Shown here: positions 29,701 to 39,128 of the stretch, one piece after another
How positions within the stretch are numbered: position 1 is the first letter of the stretch
Layout: each line of letters begins with the position of its first letter
Source of the DNA: Polyangiaceae bacterium
GTDB lineage: Bacteria; Myxococcota_A; Polyangia; Polyangiales; Polyangiaceae
DNA length: 58,217 nucleotides
Direction of reading: 5' to 3'
Assembly (NCBI GenBank): GCA_016715885.1
Contig: JADJXL010000022.1
Coordinates: forward strand, 267,588 to 325,804
Made by a program: the position numbers and the translations under genes
The notes under the pieces: generated by a model
The model's input: the letters and a program-made list of their open reading frames with translations, nothing else
Databases searched by the model: none
What the model was told of the DNA's origin: nothing

Positions 29701-32700
29701 TTCGTTTTCGGCGCCGCCCGCTAACAATGGCCGGAGATCGAGCCGCGCGTCTTCCCGGACGATGTCGAAACAGCGATCGATCTCGATTCGGAATACCGGC
29801 TCGGCATCGTACAAGTCGCGACCCATTTGGAGATATTGCGCCCCATGGCCGGGAAACAAGAATACCACGGGGCGCGTCGTCGTGGGGACTGCCGGAGCAC
29901 TTGGGCTTGGCGGGACCGAAATCAAGGCGCCAATAGCCCCCATGACGTTGCGACAAACGACCGTCGTTCGATGACGCATGGGCGCTCGGCCCACGGCAAG
30001 TGTATACGCGACGTCCGCCAATTGGGCCGAAGCGTGCGTTCCGAGATAGCCGCGAAGCTTTTGCGAAACGGCTGATAACGTTTCGGGTGTACGTGCCGAG
30101 AGGCATAAGAGTTGGTAGGGCCGGCTTTCGGTAGATGCTTCCAAGGCAGGCGGCTCTTCCAAAACGACGTGTACGTTTGTCCCGCCAATCCCGAGAGCAC
30201 TCACGCCAGCTCGTCGTGGACCGTTTGCGCGCGGCCATGGCCGGGCACGATCGCTCATGAAGAAGGGCGAGGTTTCCAGATTGAGCAATGGATTGGGATT
30301 GCGGTAACCTGGGACCGGTGGAATGGTTGCATGCTCGAGCGCAAGGGCTGCTTTGATGAGGCCGGCAGCTCCAGCGGCAGCGTCCATGTGACCGAGGTTT
30401 GCTTTGAGGGCGCCGAGCGCACAATAACCGCGCCGATCCGTCGATTTGCGATAAGCGCGCGTCAATGCGCGGACTTCGGTCGGATCTCCGAGGCGCGTGC
30501 CGGTACCGTGCGTTTCGACGAATTCGATGGTAGCAGGATCCACGCGCGCCGTTTCACAGGCTTTGGCGACGACTGCGGCCACGCCGTCCTCGCTTGGCGC
30601 CGTGAAGCCAATTTTGTCCGATCCATCGTTGTTCATGGCCGAACCGAGGATGACGGCATGAATGGTGTCACGATCGGCAATGGCGTCCGCAAGTCGTTTC
30701 AGCACGACGATGGCAATGCCGCTCGATTTGACCATTCCGCTCGCATCGGCATCGAAGGGCCGGCAATGGCCATCCGCGGACTCGATACCTCCTTCGACGT
30801 GGAGATGTCCAAAGTCTCGCGGGCTCAATGCGGACAACGACACGCCGCCTGCAATGGCCATGTTGCAATCGCCCGCCAGCAGGCTTTGGCGAGCCATGTG
30901 AATGGCGGAGAGCGATGTGGAGCAAGCCGTTTGGACGACGACCGCGGGACCTTTCAGACCCAGTTTGAACGCCACCCGCGTCGCCAAAAAGTCCGTGGCA
31001 TTCAGCGTTTGCGCACGGTATCGCTCTTGGTCGCTCGATGCAGCGCCGAGCGCCTTCATGACGGGCCCCAGCCAATATCGAGGAATGGCTGCGCCGGCAA
31101 AGACGCCTATTTGGCTCGGATAACGGCCAGGGTCGACGCCCGCATGTTCGAGTGATTCATAGGCACATTCCAGGAAAAGCCGCTGCTGCGGGTCGAGCCA
31201 CGTGGCGTCGGCGTCATTGAAACCGAAAAAGGCTGCATCGAAATGATCCGCATCCTCCAAGACGCCTTCCGCGGGAATGAAATTCGCTTGGCGCACGCGT
31301 GCCGGATCGGCGCCTGCGGCAATGAGGTCCTCGGGATCCATTCTTTGGATCGTTTCGCGCCCTGTACGGACGACCTCCCACAAGTCGTCGGGTCCACGTA
31401 CGCCGGGAGCTCGAATGGCCATACCGACGATGGCAATGGCATCTGCGCGCGCGGGTGCCGGTGCTTTCGCAGGGGCAGCGTCGGTGCTCGGCTTTGGCGT
31501 GGGCTGAAGCTTCAGATTGGGCAACGTCGACAGATGTGTCGCAAGCTTCCGGATCGTGGGCAATCGGAGCATAGTCATCATGTCGATGTCGACGCCGAGT
31601 TGCGTTTGCAATTTTGCCTGCACGCGCGCCATGGCCAAAGAATGGCCACCCAACTCGAAGAACGGCGAATCGATACCGACATCGGATTGCCCCAAAACTT
31701 CCTTCCAAATCGAGGTGACAGCATGTTCCAGCGAGTTTGCGGTCGGAGCAATCACAGGGGCGCGCTCCACCGGCATCGGCAACGATGCTCGATCGATTTT
31801 ACCGCTCGAATTGACGGGCATTCGATCCAACACGACAAACGTAGCCGGTACCATGTATTCCGGCAATCGTTCGCGAAGGTGTTTCTTGAGCGCATCCACG
31901 AGGTCGGAAGGTGCTGGTCGACGTGGTAAGACATATCCTACGAGGCGTGGATCACCTGCAAAGCTCACGACCTGGACGGCAGCCATTTCAATGGCAGGAT
32001 GAAGACCGAGCTCCACTTCGATCTCCCCGAGCTCGACACGATAGCCGCGGAGTTTGATCTGACGATCGGTGCGTCCGAGGTAATCGATTTGGCCATCACC
32101 GCGCCACTTTACGCGATCGCCCGTCTTGTAGAATCGCGTCTCGGCGGCGTTGGGAATGAGGTTTTCTAGGAAGCGATCCCTGGTGAGCTCGGGTCGATTC
32201 AAATATCCTCGCGCGACAACCGGACCACCAATGTAGAGCTCACCGGGTATGCCAATGGGCACGGGATGCATGTGATCATCCAAAATGTAGACGGGAATGT
32301 GATCGAAAGGTCGCCCAATGGAGGGTTTTCCCTCGCCGCGCCGGCAGTCTCCCAGGACGGATACCACCGTCGTTTCGGTTGGTCCATATGCATTGACGAA
32401 GCGTCGACCATGGGCCCACTTGTTCACGAGGGATTCAGGGAGCGCCTCGCCAGCGGTGATGATCGTATGCAGCCGAGGAAGCTCGTCGTGAGGCGTCACG
32501 GCGAGCGCCGATGGCGTCATCGCTACGACATCGATATGCTTTTCCTGAAGCGTTTTCGTGAGATTCGCACCGGGCGCTATCGCATTCGAATCCGTCACGA
32601 CGAGCGTGGCTCCCACGGGCCAGGTCATGGCGAGCTCCCATATCGAGACGTCGAAGGTGAGGGAGAAAAATTGCAGCACGCGTGTTCCTACGCCGAGGCC

Positions 32701-35670
32701 AAACATGGTCTCGAGACCACGGGCCAGGTAATAAAGTCCCCGCCTTTCGACCATGACGCCTTTGGGACGGCCCGTCGATCCGGACGTGTAAATGACGTAC
32801 GCAAGGTGCTCGTGCCCTGCATTGGAAACCGGCCGCGATTCCGCCTGCGCGGCGATCGCCGCAGCTTCGTCGTCGAGCACAATGGTGCGTCCGCCGTATT
32901 CCGGTAAAACGCCCGCATTCTTCCGATTCGTCAGCAAAATCGAAATGGACGCGTCTTCCAGCATGAAACGAAGCCGCTCGCTCGGGTAGCTCGGATCCAG
33001 CGGCACGAACGCTCCGCCCGCTTTGAGCACCCCCAATATCGCCACCATCGCATCGATCGACCGCTCGATGCACAGGCCCACCAATGTATCAGGCTGCACC
33101 CCGAGCGCGCGCAGGTAATGCGCAAGGCGATTGGCACGGACGTCGAGCTCAGCATACGTCAATCGCGTATCACCCTGTTCCACGGCAATCGCCAATGGTG
33201 ACCTATCGACCTGCGCCTCGAACAGCCCCTCGAGCGACACGAATTCTTCTTCGGGCTTCGCCTTGACCCGCGGCCCTTGCCACTCTGCAAGCTGCTGCTC
33301 TTCCGCGCGAGTCAAAATCGCCAAATCCTCGAGGCGCGCCGCCGGATCGCGCACGATGCTCTCCAAGAGAACGCCGAAATGGCCCACCATCCGTTCAATG
33401 GTTTCTTTGGCAAAAAGTTCCGTCTGGTATTCGATATGGCCTACCAATCCAGACGATCGCTGATGCAGCTCCAGATACAAGTCGACCTTGGCCACACCAA
33501 TGTCGATTCGACCAGCATTCCAATTCGGCGTGGCGGCGAGGGGCGCGATGGGCGGCATGAGAATGAAGGTATTGTTGTACAGGGGATTTTCATTTGGGTC
33601 ACGCCTGCCGCCCAGCTCGTTCACGAGCCTATCGAACGGGACGTCCTGATGTTCGCGCGCTGCTTTCAACACGTCGCCCACTTTGGGAAGCAAATCGATG
33701 AACGACATGGCTGCATCGAGCTGCGTGCGCAAAACGAGGTTGTTGTTGAAAAAGCCGATCAGCCCCTCGAATTCGGGACGCGGACGACCCGCCGCGGCGG
33801 ACCCCACGATGATGTCGCTTTGCCCCGAATAGCGGAAGAGCAGCGTTTTCCATGCCGCGAGGAGCGTCGTGAAAAGCGTGACGCCCGTGCGTTGCGCGAT
33901 CGCGCGGAGTTTGGTGACGAGCTCGGAAGAAACCGCCACGGCCGCGCGTGCGCCTCGCCCCGTCGGCGACTGCGGACGTGGGAAATCGGTGGGCAAAGGC
34001 AGATCGGAAAAACCCGCCATGTGCGACTTCCAATAAGCCAACTTCGGCGCGAGTGCCGCTTCGCTCAGCCACATTCGTTGCCACGCGGCAAAATCCGCAT
34101 AATGAAGCGATGGCTCGGGCAAGGGAGACGGTTTGCCCAGGGAAAACGCCGCATAAAGCGCCGAGAGCTCGGGGAGAAATACATTGAAAAAGGATACGCC
34201 ATCGACGACGATGTGGTGCGCCGTGATGACGAGGCGCGCTTCGGCGTCGCCAAATCGAATGAGCAGCGCACGCACGAGCGGACCTTGCTCGAGATGAAAT
34301 GGTCTCCGCGCATGCTCGACGGCAGCGCGTGCGGCTTCCGATTCCCGAATGTCCTCGGGCCACGTGCCGGCATCGACCGAATCCAAATGAAATGGCCGCG
34401 GCGGCAAGATTTTTTGCTTGGGTGCTCCGTCGATAACGGCAAATACCGTACGCCATGCTTCGTGACGGCGTACGATTTCCGTGAGCGCCCGCTCGAGCAC
34501 CGTGGCATCCACGGCGCCATCCATTCGAATGATGATGGGCTCGTTGTAAACGATCGTGCCCGGAAAAAGCCGATGGACGAACCACAAGCGCTCTTGCGCG
34601 AACGATACATCCAGCTTCTCATCGCGACGCGCAGGCATGACGGGCGGACCAGGTAGCACTTTCGTGCTCGCCTTCGTGACGGGGGCGATGACGCTTGGCG
34701 CCGCATTTTCTGCAACGGTTGGTCCTACAAATGGCGCCAGCGCAATGTGACGTGTTGGAACGGGGGGAATCGTTATCCTTCGTAGGCTTGGCGGCGGCTC
34801 CTGCCATTCACATTGCGCGATGAACTCGACGACCGTTTTACAGAGCACGCTCTCCGCGTCCACCAGACCCTCGATGGCGTCGAAATGGTTTCTGCCTCGT
34901 TGAATGAATAGGCGCCCGGGGAGCCCATTGCGTTGCCAAAGGGTGAGGTATTCGTTCGATTGTCGTTTGAATTCGGCAGACTCGTCGTCACCGACGCTGA
35001 CGAGCAGGGGCGGACCCATATCGGGCACGTGGAAAATGGGACTTTGATCGAGGACGACTTCGTGATTGAGCCCGAGGTTTTTTTGCATCGACGTGTGTCG
35101 AAGTGGACGCAAGTCAAAAATGCCGCTGATGGGAATCGCGCCCTTGATGATGTCTTGCGGCAAACCATAATCCTCGTGCCATCGCGTGGACAAAAGCATG
35201 GCGACCTGATGGCCGCCCGCTGAATGACCAACCACGAAGATGCGGTCCGGATCTCCGTGAAATGCGCGAATGTTTTCGTAAATCCATTTCATCGCCGAGC
35301 GGCTTTGACGCGTGATGTCGGCTATGGTGACCGCCGGGCAGAGCGAATGGTTCGTGAGGACGACCGTCAGGCCATTGGCCCGCAATCCGCGCGCCACGAA
35401 GCTGAATTCCTTGCTGCTGAAGGACTGCCAATAGCCGCCGTGAATGAATACCACCACCGGCGCATTGGGCTGAGGTGCCGGCGAAATGTCGACTGTTTCG
35501 TCAGCTCCGGCACCAAACCGTATATCGAGTGACCAAGGAAGGTCATGACGCGCCTTGACGCTTTCGTCTGCATACCAGCGAAGATATCGCTGTGCGTCAT
35601 GCACGAGGTGCGTCGGGTCGTATTCTTTATCAAGTGTAGTCGACGTTTCGAACTGGCGGGATCTGATCAT
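26728..35670 (-). CDS. Hybrid NRPS-PKS megasynthase (2980 aa): alpha/beta-hydrolase, C, A, PCP, KS, AT, MT, ACP and an NTF2/SnoaL-like C-terminal domain
   Basis: - Abhydrolase: N-terminal VVVFIHGGYW plus VVGHSAGGH nucleophile elbow.
- C domain: HHIVVDGVS.
- A domain: LAYVIYTSGSTGRPKGV, NAYGPTETTV, GELYIGG, YKTGDRVKW, GRTDRQIKLRGYRVELGEIE, NSSGKIDR.
- PCP: FFELGGHSLAM.
- KS: TACSTSL, VETHGTGTRLGDPTE, ANLGH.
- AT: GHSLGEY plus RASH.
- MT: ILEVGAGHGRLTWPL.
- ACP: FFELGGDSLLAV.
- Terminal domain: NTF2-like (about 170 aa).
- No KR, DH or TE domain. GGGAGG lies 6 nt before the ATG. Confidence 0.9.
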   Translation of the reverse strand: MIRSRQFETSTTLDKEYDPTHLVHDAQRYLRWYADESVKARHDLPWSLDIRFGAGADETVDISPAPQPNAPVVVFIHGGYWQSFSSKEFSFVARGLRANGLTVVLTNHSLCPAVTIADITRQSRSAMKWIYENIRAFHGDPDRIFVVGHSAGGHQVAMLLSTRWHEDYGLPQDIIKGAIPISGIFDLRPLRHTSMQKNLGLNHEVVLDQSPIFHVPDMGPPLLVSVGDDESAEFKRQSNEYLTLWQRNGLPGRLFIQRGRNHFDAIEGLVDAESVLCKTVVEFIAQCEWQEPPPSLRRITIPPVPTRHIALAPFVGPTVAENAAPSVIAPVTKASTKVLPGPPVMPARRDEKLDVSFAQERLWFVHRLFPGTIVYNEPIIIRMDGAVDATVLERALTEIVRRHEAWRTVFAVIDGAPKQKILPPRPFHLDSVDAGTWPEDIRESEAARAAVEHARRPFHLEQGPLVRALLIRFGDAEARLVITAHHIVVDGVSFFNVFLPELSALYAAFSLGKPSPLPEPSLHYADFAAWQRMWLSEAALAPKLAYWKSHMAGFSDLPLPTDFPRPQSPTGRGARAAVAVSSELVTKLRAIAQRTGVTLFTTLLAAWKTLLFRYSGQSDIIVGSAAAGRPRPEFEGLIGFFNNNLVLRTQLDAAMSFIDLLPKVGDVLKAAREHQDVPFDRLVNELGGRRDPNENPLYNNTFILMPPIAPLAATPNWNAGRIDIGVAKVDLYLELHQRSSGLVGHIEYQTELFAKETIERMVGHFGVLLESIVRDPAARLEDLAILTRAEEQQLAEWQGPRVKAKPEEEFVSLEGLFEAQVDRSPLAIAVEQGDTRLTYAELDVRANRLAHYLRALGVQPDTLVGLCIERSIDAMVAILGVLKAGGAFVPLDPSYPSERLRFMLEDASISILLTNRKNAGVLPEYGGRTIVLDDEAAAIAAQAESRPVSNAGHEHLAYVIYTSGSTGRPKGVMVERRGLYYLARGLETMFGLGVGTRVLQFFSLTFDVSIWELAMTWPVGATLVVTDSNAIAPGANLTKTLQEKHIDVVAMTPSALAVTPHDELPRLHTIITAGEALPESLVNKWAHGRRFVNAYGPTETTVVSVLGDCRRGEGKPSIGRPFDHIPVYILDDHMHPVPIGIPGELYIGGPVVARGYLNRPELTRDRFLENLIPNAAETRFYKTGDRVKWRGDGQIDYLGRTDRQIKLRGYRVELGEIEVELGLHPAIEMAAVQVVSFAGDPRLVGYVLPRRPAPSDLVDALKKHLRERLPEYMVPATFVVLDRMPVNSSGKIDRASLPMPVERAPVIAPTANSLEHAVTSIWKEVLGQSDVGIDSPFFELGGHSLAMARVQAKLQTQLGVDIDMMTMLRLPTIRKLATHLSTLPNLKLQPTPKPSTDAAPAKAPAPARADAIAIVGMAIRAPGVRGPDDLWEVVRTGRETIQRMDPEDLIAAGADPARVRQANFIPAEGVLEDADHFDAAFFGFNDADATWLDPQQRLFLECAYESLEHAGVDPGRYPSQIGVFAGAAIPRYWLGPVMKALGAASSDQERYRAQTLNATDFLATRVAFKLGLKGPAVVVQTACSTSLSAIHMARQSLLAGDCNMAIAGGVSLSALSPRDFGHLHVEGGIESADGHCRPFDADASGMVKSSGIAIVVLKRLADAIADRDTIHAVILGSAMNNDGSDKIGFTAPSEDGVAAVVAKACETARVDPATIEFVETHGTGTRLGDPTEVRALTRAYRKSTDRRGYCALGALKANLGHMDAAAGAAGLIKAALALEHATIPPVPGYRNPNPLLNLETSPFFMSDRARPWPRANGPRRAGVSALGIGGTNVHVVLEEPPALEASTESRPYQLLCLSARTPETLSAVSQKLRGYLGTHASAQLADVAYTLAVGRAPMRHRTTVVCRNVMGAIGALISVPPSPSAPAVPTTTRPVVFLFPGHGAQYLQMGRDLYDAEPVFRIEIDRCFDIVREDARLDLRPLLAGGAENERLLDEMGWAQPFLFAIEYALAKQLMAWGIKPAAMLGHSLGEYVAACIAGVFSLRDALSLVVARGQLMDSTPAGSMLTAFTDVRTITQFLGDGIAIATYAPDCVVLSGATELIDKVRVRLTNAGIETSDVRVSRASHSPMMHGIRADFRAHVARTERNAPGIPIISNVTGKYMNVDQATHADAWADHLCNPVRLTDAFDTLFDLESPICIEVGPGSALGSLLKAHPRFDGETCEIVGTLPSARKRAESSCAALFRGLGRLWELGLDVDWQAFYAHEKRRRIPLPTYPFERRRYNLEAAPPKVPKPNEQAAAPPLEPAPLDVRAVEITRELGATSIDEAPGLLARMENLCAHLVLDFFARRLGDTLERPRSMEALQKDTGILPKYTPMFNSLVRVLERAGMATRQGSDAISIRSEGVGRSAGLAVSFRRDEPKFLGLSLFLEHCVAHYDEALTGEIEPIGVLYPDGTDAFYEECMRENAAFYYHVYMALARDVVVDIMKRHRDKKVRILEVGAGHGRLTWPLVERLRGENVEYHFTDIGRSFLHVAEREAKKRRIPWMKFLRFDLNRAPSEQGFHEGYDIILGLDSVHVALDLPSSLVKLRELLIPGGALVCVETTRVGTWGHLVWGLAPGYWDVVRARGALTMTLSDWQRELKRAGFANVETVPKDPARQRVEDSALIIAEHPTRSSELKTNVWHDLAALTSASNGEVSISTMDEAPVASRIPMSTTAADSAPSIAQHLWKRMLGISQVPPGANFFELGGDSLLAVHFLAEFNLRTGRKIKMAQFMANPTVHGIKTLMDSPAAMTSTPMTPVSHEPATQPNASSHVQLQAPSEMPRRIRIPTPFPSRRAIQTFDQDEAELRAFLDRFVEWMCMRDGAALGAMFAPNHPCVSIGVSDDILEGSMSIRAHYERKMASLVDLRACVRDAKVLVFAGGRAATITARFDSEQTSAQDERQAIYHDTRLSLVLEKHEGAWRVIHMHCSLPVGESART

Positions 35671-36022
35671 GTCGTCCTCCCTCGCGAGTTACCATCGAAT
35701 ACATGGTACCATGACAGACCAGTCCTTTTGTGGACGGAAATGCGTCGAAATCGTGTTGAGAGCACGTGAATGCGAATACTGCTTTGACATCCAACGATGC
35801 CTGCAGGTGGTTTGGCTGTCCAATGCTGTCTACGTTTTGAGCACAAACGATCGAGGCAGCAGTTTTCCGACAATGGATGAGAGCGCCAATGTTTTGACGA
35901 TCTGCGCTTGGGTGACCTCATTGACCCGAGGTTTAACGCAAAGTGGCAAAGACGCAGGGACGCAAAGACGTGGTCTATGCGCTGACCACGAGCAGTACTC
36001 CGCCACTTCGTTGATTGAGCTT

Positions 36023-36126
36023 CGGGAGCTGCTTGATTTCTCGGCACCGCGGCACCCCGAACTCGCCGCCTTCGGCGGCTCGGACAGCGGGGCCCCCGCC
36101 GCAGCGCCGAGAAATCAAGCAGCTCC
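36023..36126. repeat. Perfect 22-bp inverted repeat (gggagctgcttgatttctcggc / gccgagaaatcaagcagctccc) with a 60-nt spacer that holds a nested hairpin (cgccgccttcggcggc)
   Basis: The arms are at 36023-36044 and 36105-36126 and are exact reverse complements. The structure lies 37 bp beyond the peroxidase stop and about 350 bp upstream of the NRPS-PKS start. Confidence 0.7.
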
Positions 36127-36162
36127 CAAAGCCTCGCTTGATACGATTTGGGAGAGTCGTGT

Positions 36163-36918
36163 TCAGAGCACGCGCATGAATGCGACGAGGTCGCTCTTTT
36201 CCTGATCGGAGAGTTTCAGCTCGAGCACCAAATTGAAGAATTCCACGGTGTCTTCGAGCGTGAGGAGGCGGCCGTCGTGCAGATACGGTGGCGAATCCTT
36301 GATGCCTCGGAGCGGGAAGCTTTTCGTCGGGCCTTCGGCAACAGTGAGACGCCCATTGATGAGCGTTGGTTGGTAGAACCGTTCCACATGGAGATCGTGC
36401 ATGAAATTATCCGAATAGATCGGCGGTGGATGGCAATTGGCGCATTGCCCTTTGCCAAAGAAAACCTCCTGACCTCGAAGCTCTTCGGGCGTGGCGAGGC
36501 GTGGATCGAGTCGTTTGTCGGTGATGCGAAGCTTCGGCGCGGGCGGGAAGTCGAGTATCTCTTGGAATTCGGCCATCGCATGGACTTCGCTTCCTCGTTC
36601 GAGGAAATTGACACCCTTCTTCTGAGCGATCACGATATCCCCATCGAAATACGCCGCACGTTGCTCGAATTCAGTGAAATCCTCGATGGTGCGGAGTGCC
36701 CGTTGTGAACCAAAGAGCCGCTGCTGGTTCACGCCTCTTAGCGATGGCGTATCGATGCGGCGCCGATGCGATTGGGGGCGTTTGTCGCCGACGAGGTGAA
36801 ATGCTGCATTCGTATGACCATTCGCATGGCAATCGAAGCAGCTCACGCCGGGGCTGGGCTTTTCGGACCTACGATCGTCGGTCAGATTGAATTGCTGCTG
36901 CGCGAATTGCGATACCAA
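36163..36918 (-). CDS. Di-haem cytochrome c peroxidase (CCP/MauG family), catalytic part
   Basis: Two CxxCH haem motifs are present (CFDCHANGH and CANCHPPP). Its 5' end overlaps the next ORF by 50 nt in another frame, which suggests one frameshifted gene. Confidence 0.7.
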   Translation of the reverse strand: MVSQFAQQQFNLTDDRRSEKPSPGVSCFDCHANGHTNAAFHLVGDKRPQSHRRRIDTPSLRGVNQQRLFGSQRALRTIEDFTEFEQRAAYFDGDIVIAQKKGVNFLERGSEVHAMAEFQEILDFPPAPKLRITDKRLDPRLATPEELRGQEVFFGKGQCANCHPPPIYSDNFMHDLHVERFYQPTLINGRLTVAEGPTKSFPLRGIKDSPPYLHDGRLLTLEDTVEFFNLVLELKLSDQEKSDLVAFMRVL

Positions 36919-37657
36919 GAGGCGCAGCCCTTCGAGTTGTTTCCGGATTCAGGATTCCGTCGAACAACGCAAAAAAGTTTTGCCGCGTGACGAGCTGGCC
37001 GCGGGACACGTCCCCGAGGTCCGGCCTGGTCGTGAGAAAGATGGGCGGAGGAAACTCCGCAATGAAATGCTCGGGGAAGTCGAATTCCACGTCGAATCGT
37101 TCGAGGTTCAGGTTTTCCTGACGCTTGATCTCCGCGATGTGCGTCTTTGGGAAAACCATTCCGCCCTCGCCGTGTTTTGCGTGAGGCAATGGCATAAATC
37201 CCGCTGGAAAAAGGTTCTTGTCGCGAATCTCCGCCGGCGTCATACCGGCGAGCGACGTCCACGTCATTCCTTGCGGCAGCTTCACGCGCACGCCTTGTTG
37301 TACGGCCTTGCCTCGCGACATCGTGACGCCACGTGCCGGCTTGTTGGCGAGGTCGTACCTCGAGGCGAGCAAATCCAATTGCCTTTTCATCACGGCGGGT
37401 TTTTCCGCGGATAGACGCGCCATGATCGCGGCAAAAGGTTCTTCGATGGCGACGGGGGCATAACTCGTCTTCGAGTCTCCCGGCGCAAGCAAACCCAGGC
37501 GCGGATCGGAAACGATACCTCCAGCAGGCGCCGCTGCCGCCGACGTACCTCGCGCCGGCTGCGGTTCAGCGGCGGCATTGGGACTGAGTCCTGCGGAACA
37601 AGCTCCCACGGCGCCCACCGTCAGGGCGAGCCACAACGTATTCAGATGCAATCGCAT
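36869..37657 (-). CDS. Secreted N-terminal extension of the cytochrome c peroxidase locus
   Basis: A signal peptide reads LALTVGAVGACSA. FPPPIFLTT and KTHIAEIKRQENLNLERFD resemble N-terminal CCP regions. The ORF ends inside the downstream haem-domain ORF. Confidence 0.5.
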   Translation of the reverse strand: MRLHLNTLWLALTVGAVGACSAGLSPNAAAEPQPARGTSAAAAPAGGIVSDPRLGLLAPGDSKTSYAPVAIEEPFAAIMARLSAEKPAVMKRQLDLLASRYDLANKPARGVTMSRGKAVQQGVRVKLPQGMTWTSLAGMTPAEIRDKNLFPAGFMPLPHAKHGEGGMVFPKTHIAEIKRQENLNLERFDVEFDFPEHFIAEFPPPIFLTTRPDLGDVSRGQLVTRQNFFALFDGILNPETTRRAAPLGIAIRAAAIQSDRRS

Positions 37658-37821
37658 CGAGCCTCCTCTCGTGAATGACGAGACGAAAGCTTATTGCTTA
37701 ACAGCGAGGTCGTGGCGCGGATGAATCGGTCATTCGATACGCGACAAACCCGCCGCGCGTAGGTCGTTTTACCGAGGACCCATGGGGAAACGAAGGAAGT
37801 GTTTGTCTGGAACGTTTGCCG

Positions 37822-39108
37822 TCAATTCGGAATCGTCAACGCTTCGCGCAATTCGCCCTCGAGCTCGTTCAGGGCTGGTTCTCCCAATCCAGGCGGCGCA
37901 AATAATTGAAGATGAATCCGCCCTCGCAATCCAAATGCGACCATGGTCGGCACCGGAATCCCTTTGACGTTCGGCCCGACCGCGCGCATGTCGACGATAT
38001 CGTCGACGAGCGGCCCGAGGCCTTGATCGAGTTTTCCCACGTTGGTGAAAATGAATCCGCGGCTGATGGGCAAATCGACGAGCACCTGTTGGAATGCCGG
38101 CGCGAGCCGTCGCAGGATTCCATGCGGCAATGGCCCCGCGAGCAGCGTTGGCAAAAGCAAAAACGCCGGCCCAACGAGGCTCCGCCGGTGCTGTGCCGTG
38201 ATGGCGCTCACGGCCTTCACGGCATCGACGATGTTTTGCGTGGCCGAGCGTGGAACGATCGTGGTCAAGATGGATGATGCATTCGTGGTGGATAGGTGTG
38301 CCGAGCGTGAGTATCGCCGAAGGTCCATCGTGTAAAGCACGGCGACGGGCCCTTTGCTGGATCGCTTTGCCGCAATCATGGCAATGGCGGCCATGAGCAA
38401 ATCATTGACCCGCACATGCATGCCGCAGCGGGCCTCGAGCGCTTCGATGGTCGACGCTTCGAGCACGATTTGTCTCGACAATGGTCTGGCCGAGCCACTC
38501 TGCGGATAAGGCCGTTCGCGCGGGGCTGCGGACAAAACGCGAAGCGGCTGGAGCAGGACGGTGAACATATCGCGGCCGAGAATGGGCAATTGGCGCAGGG
38601 AAAGCCCATTCAGCGCGCGCCGCAAATGACGCCTGGGCTCCACGGGCAAAGCCGGGCGCACTCCATAAAGATGAGCGCCCAGCACGTGCCCGACGGCCGC
38701 CATGCCCGCACCATCCATGGCCAAATGCGATAAACTCACGATGAGCCGACAGCCAAAGGGCGCCGGCAACACGACGACTCGAAGAGGCCGCACGCGTGTT
38801 GGATCGAGCGAGCGTTCGGTCCACATTTGCGTGTCGCTCTCCAAGTCGGCCGCGGCACCCACGTGAACCATGTCGGAAATGGGGCCATGCACGCGAACCC
38901 AGCGATCCCGAAAAAAGTGGGGTTCATAGACGCATCCGAGCACGGGAAAAGCCGCGACGGTCGCTTGCACCGCCCGCTCGATGTCGTCGCGCGAAAAGCA
39001 GCGGCGAAGATCGATGACTCCGTGCACGCACAGATCGCCATAACGATCCGCCGACCCATGAAGGCCCACGTCCGCGATGCGGGCGCGAAATTGTTCGTTT
39101 CGACGCAA
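37822..39108 (-). CDS. Stand-alone condensation-domain-like / WS-DGAT-like acyltransferase
   Basis: SHLAMDGAG is a variant of the HHxxxDG acyltransferase motif. At 428 aa it is the size of a free-standing C domain. It is on the same strand as the NRPS-PKS, upstream of it. Confidence 0.5.
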   Translation of the reverse strand: MRRNEQFRARIADVGLHGSADRYGDLCVHGVIDLRRCFSRDDIERAVQATVAAFPVLGCVYEPHFFRDRWVRVHGPISDMVHVGAAADLESDTQMWTERSLDPTRVRPLRVVVLPAPFGCRLIVSLSHLAMDGAGMAAVGHVLGAHLYGVRPALPVEPRRHLRRALNGLSLRQLPILGRDMFTVLLQPLRVLSAAPRERPYPQSGSARPLSRQIVLEASTIEALEARCGMHVRVNDLLMAAIAMIAAKRSSKGPVAVLYTMDLRRYSRSAHLSTTNASSILTTIVPRSATQNIVDAVKAVSAITAQHRRSLVGPAFLLLPTLLAGPLPHGILRRLAPAFQQVLVDLPISRGFIFTNVGKLDQGLGPLVDDIVDMRAVGPNVKGIPVPTMVAFGLRGRIHLQLFAPPGLGEPALNELEGELREALTIPN

Positions 39109-39128
39109 GATACAGCTACCCTCGGTCG

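Noticed and set aside
35555-36205. 216-aa plus-strand ORF across the NRPS-PKS upstream region
   Set aside because: It spans the promoter and inverted-repeat region, has no ribosome-binding site or motifs, and would read through the 22-bp inverted repeat. It is more likely non-coding.
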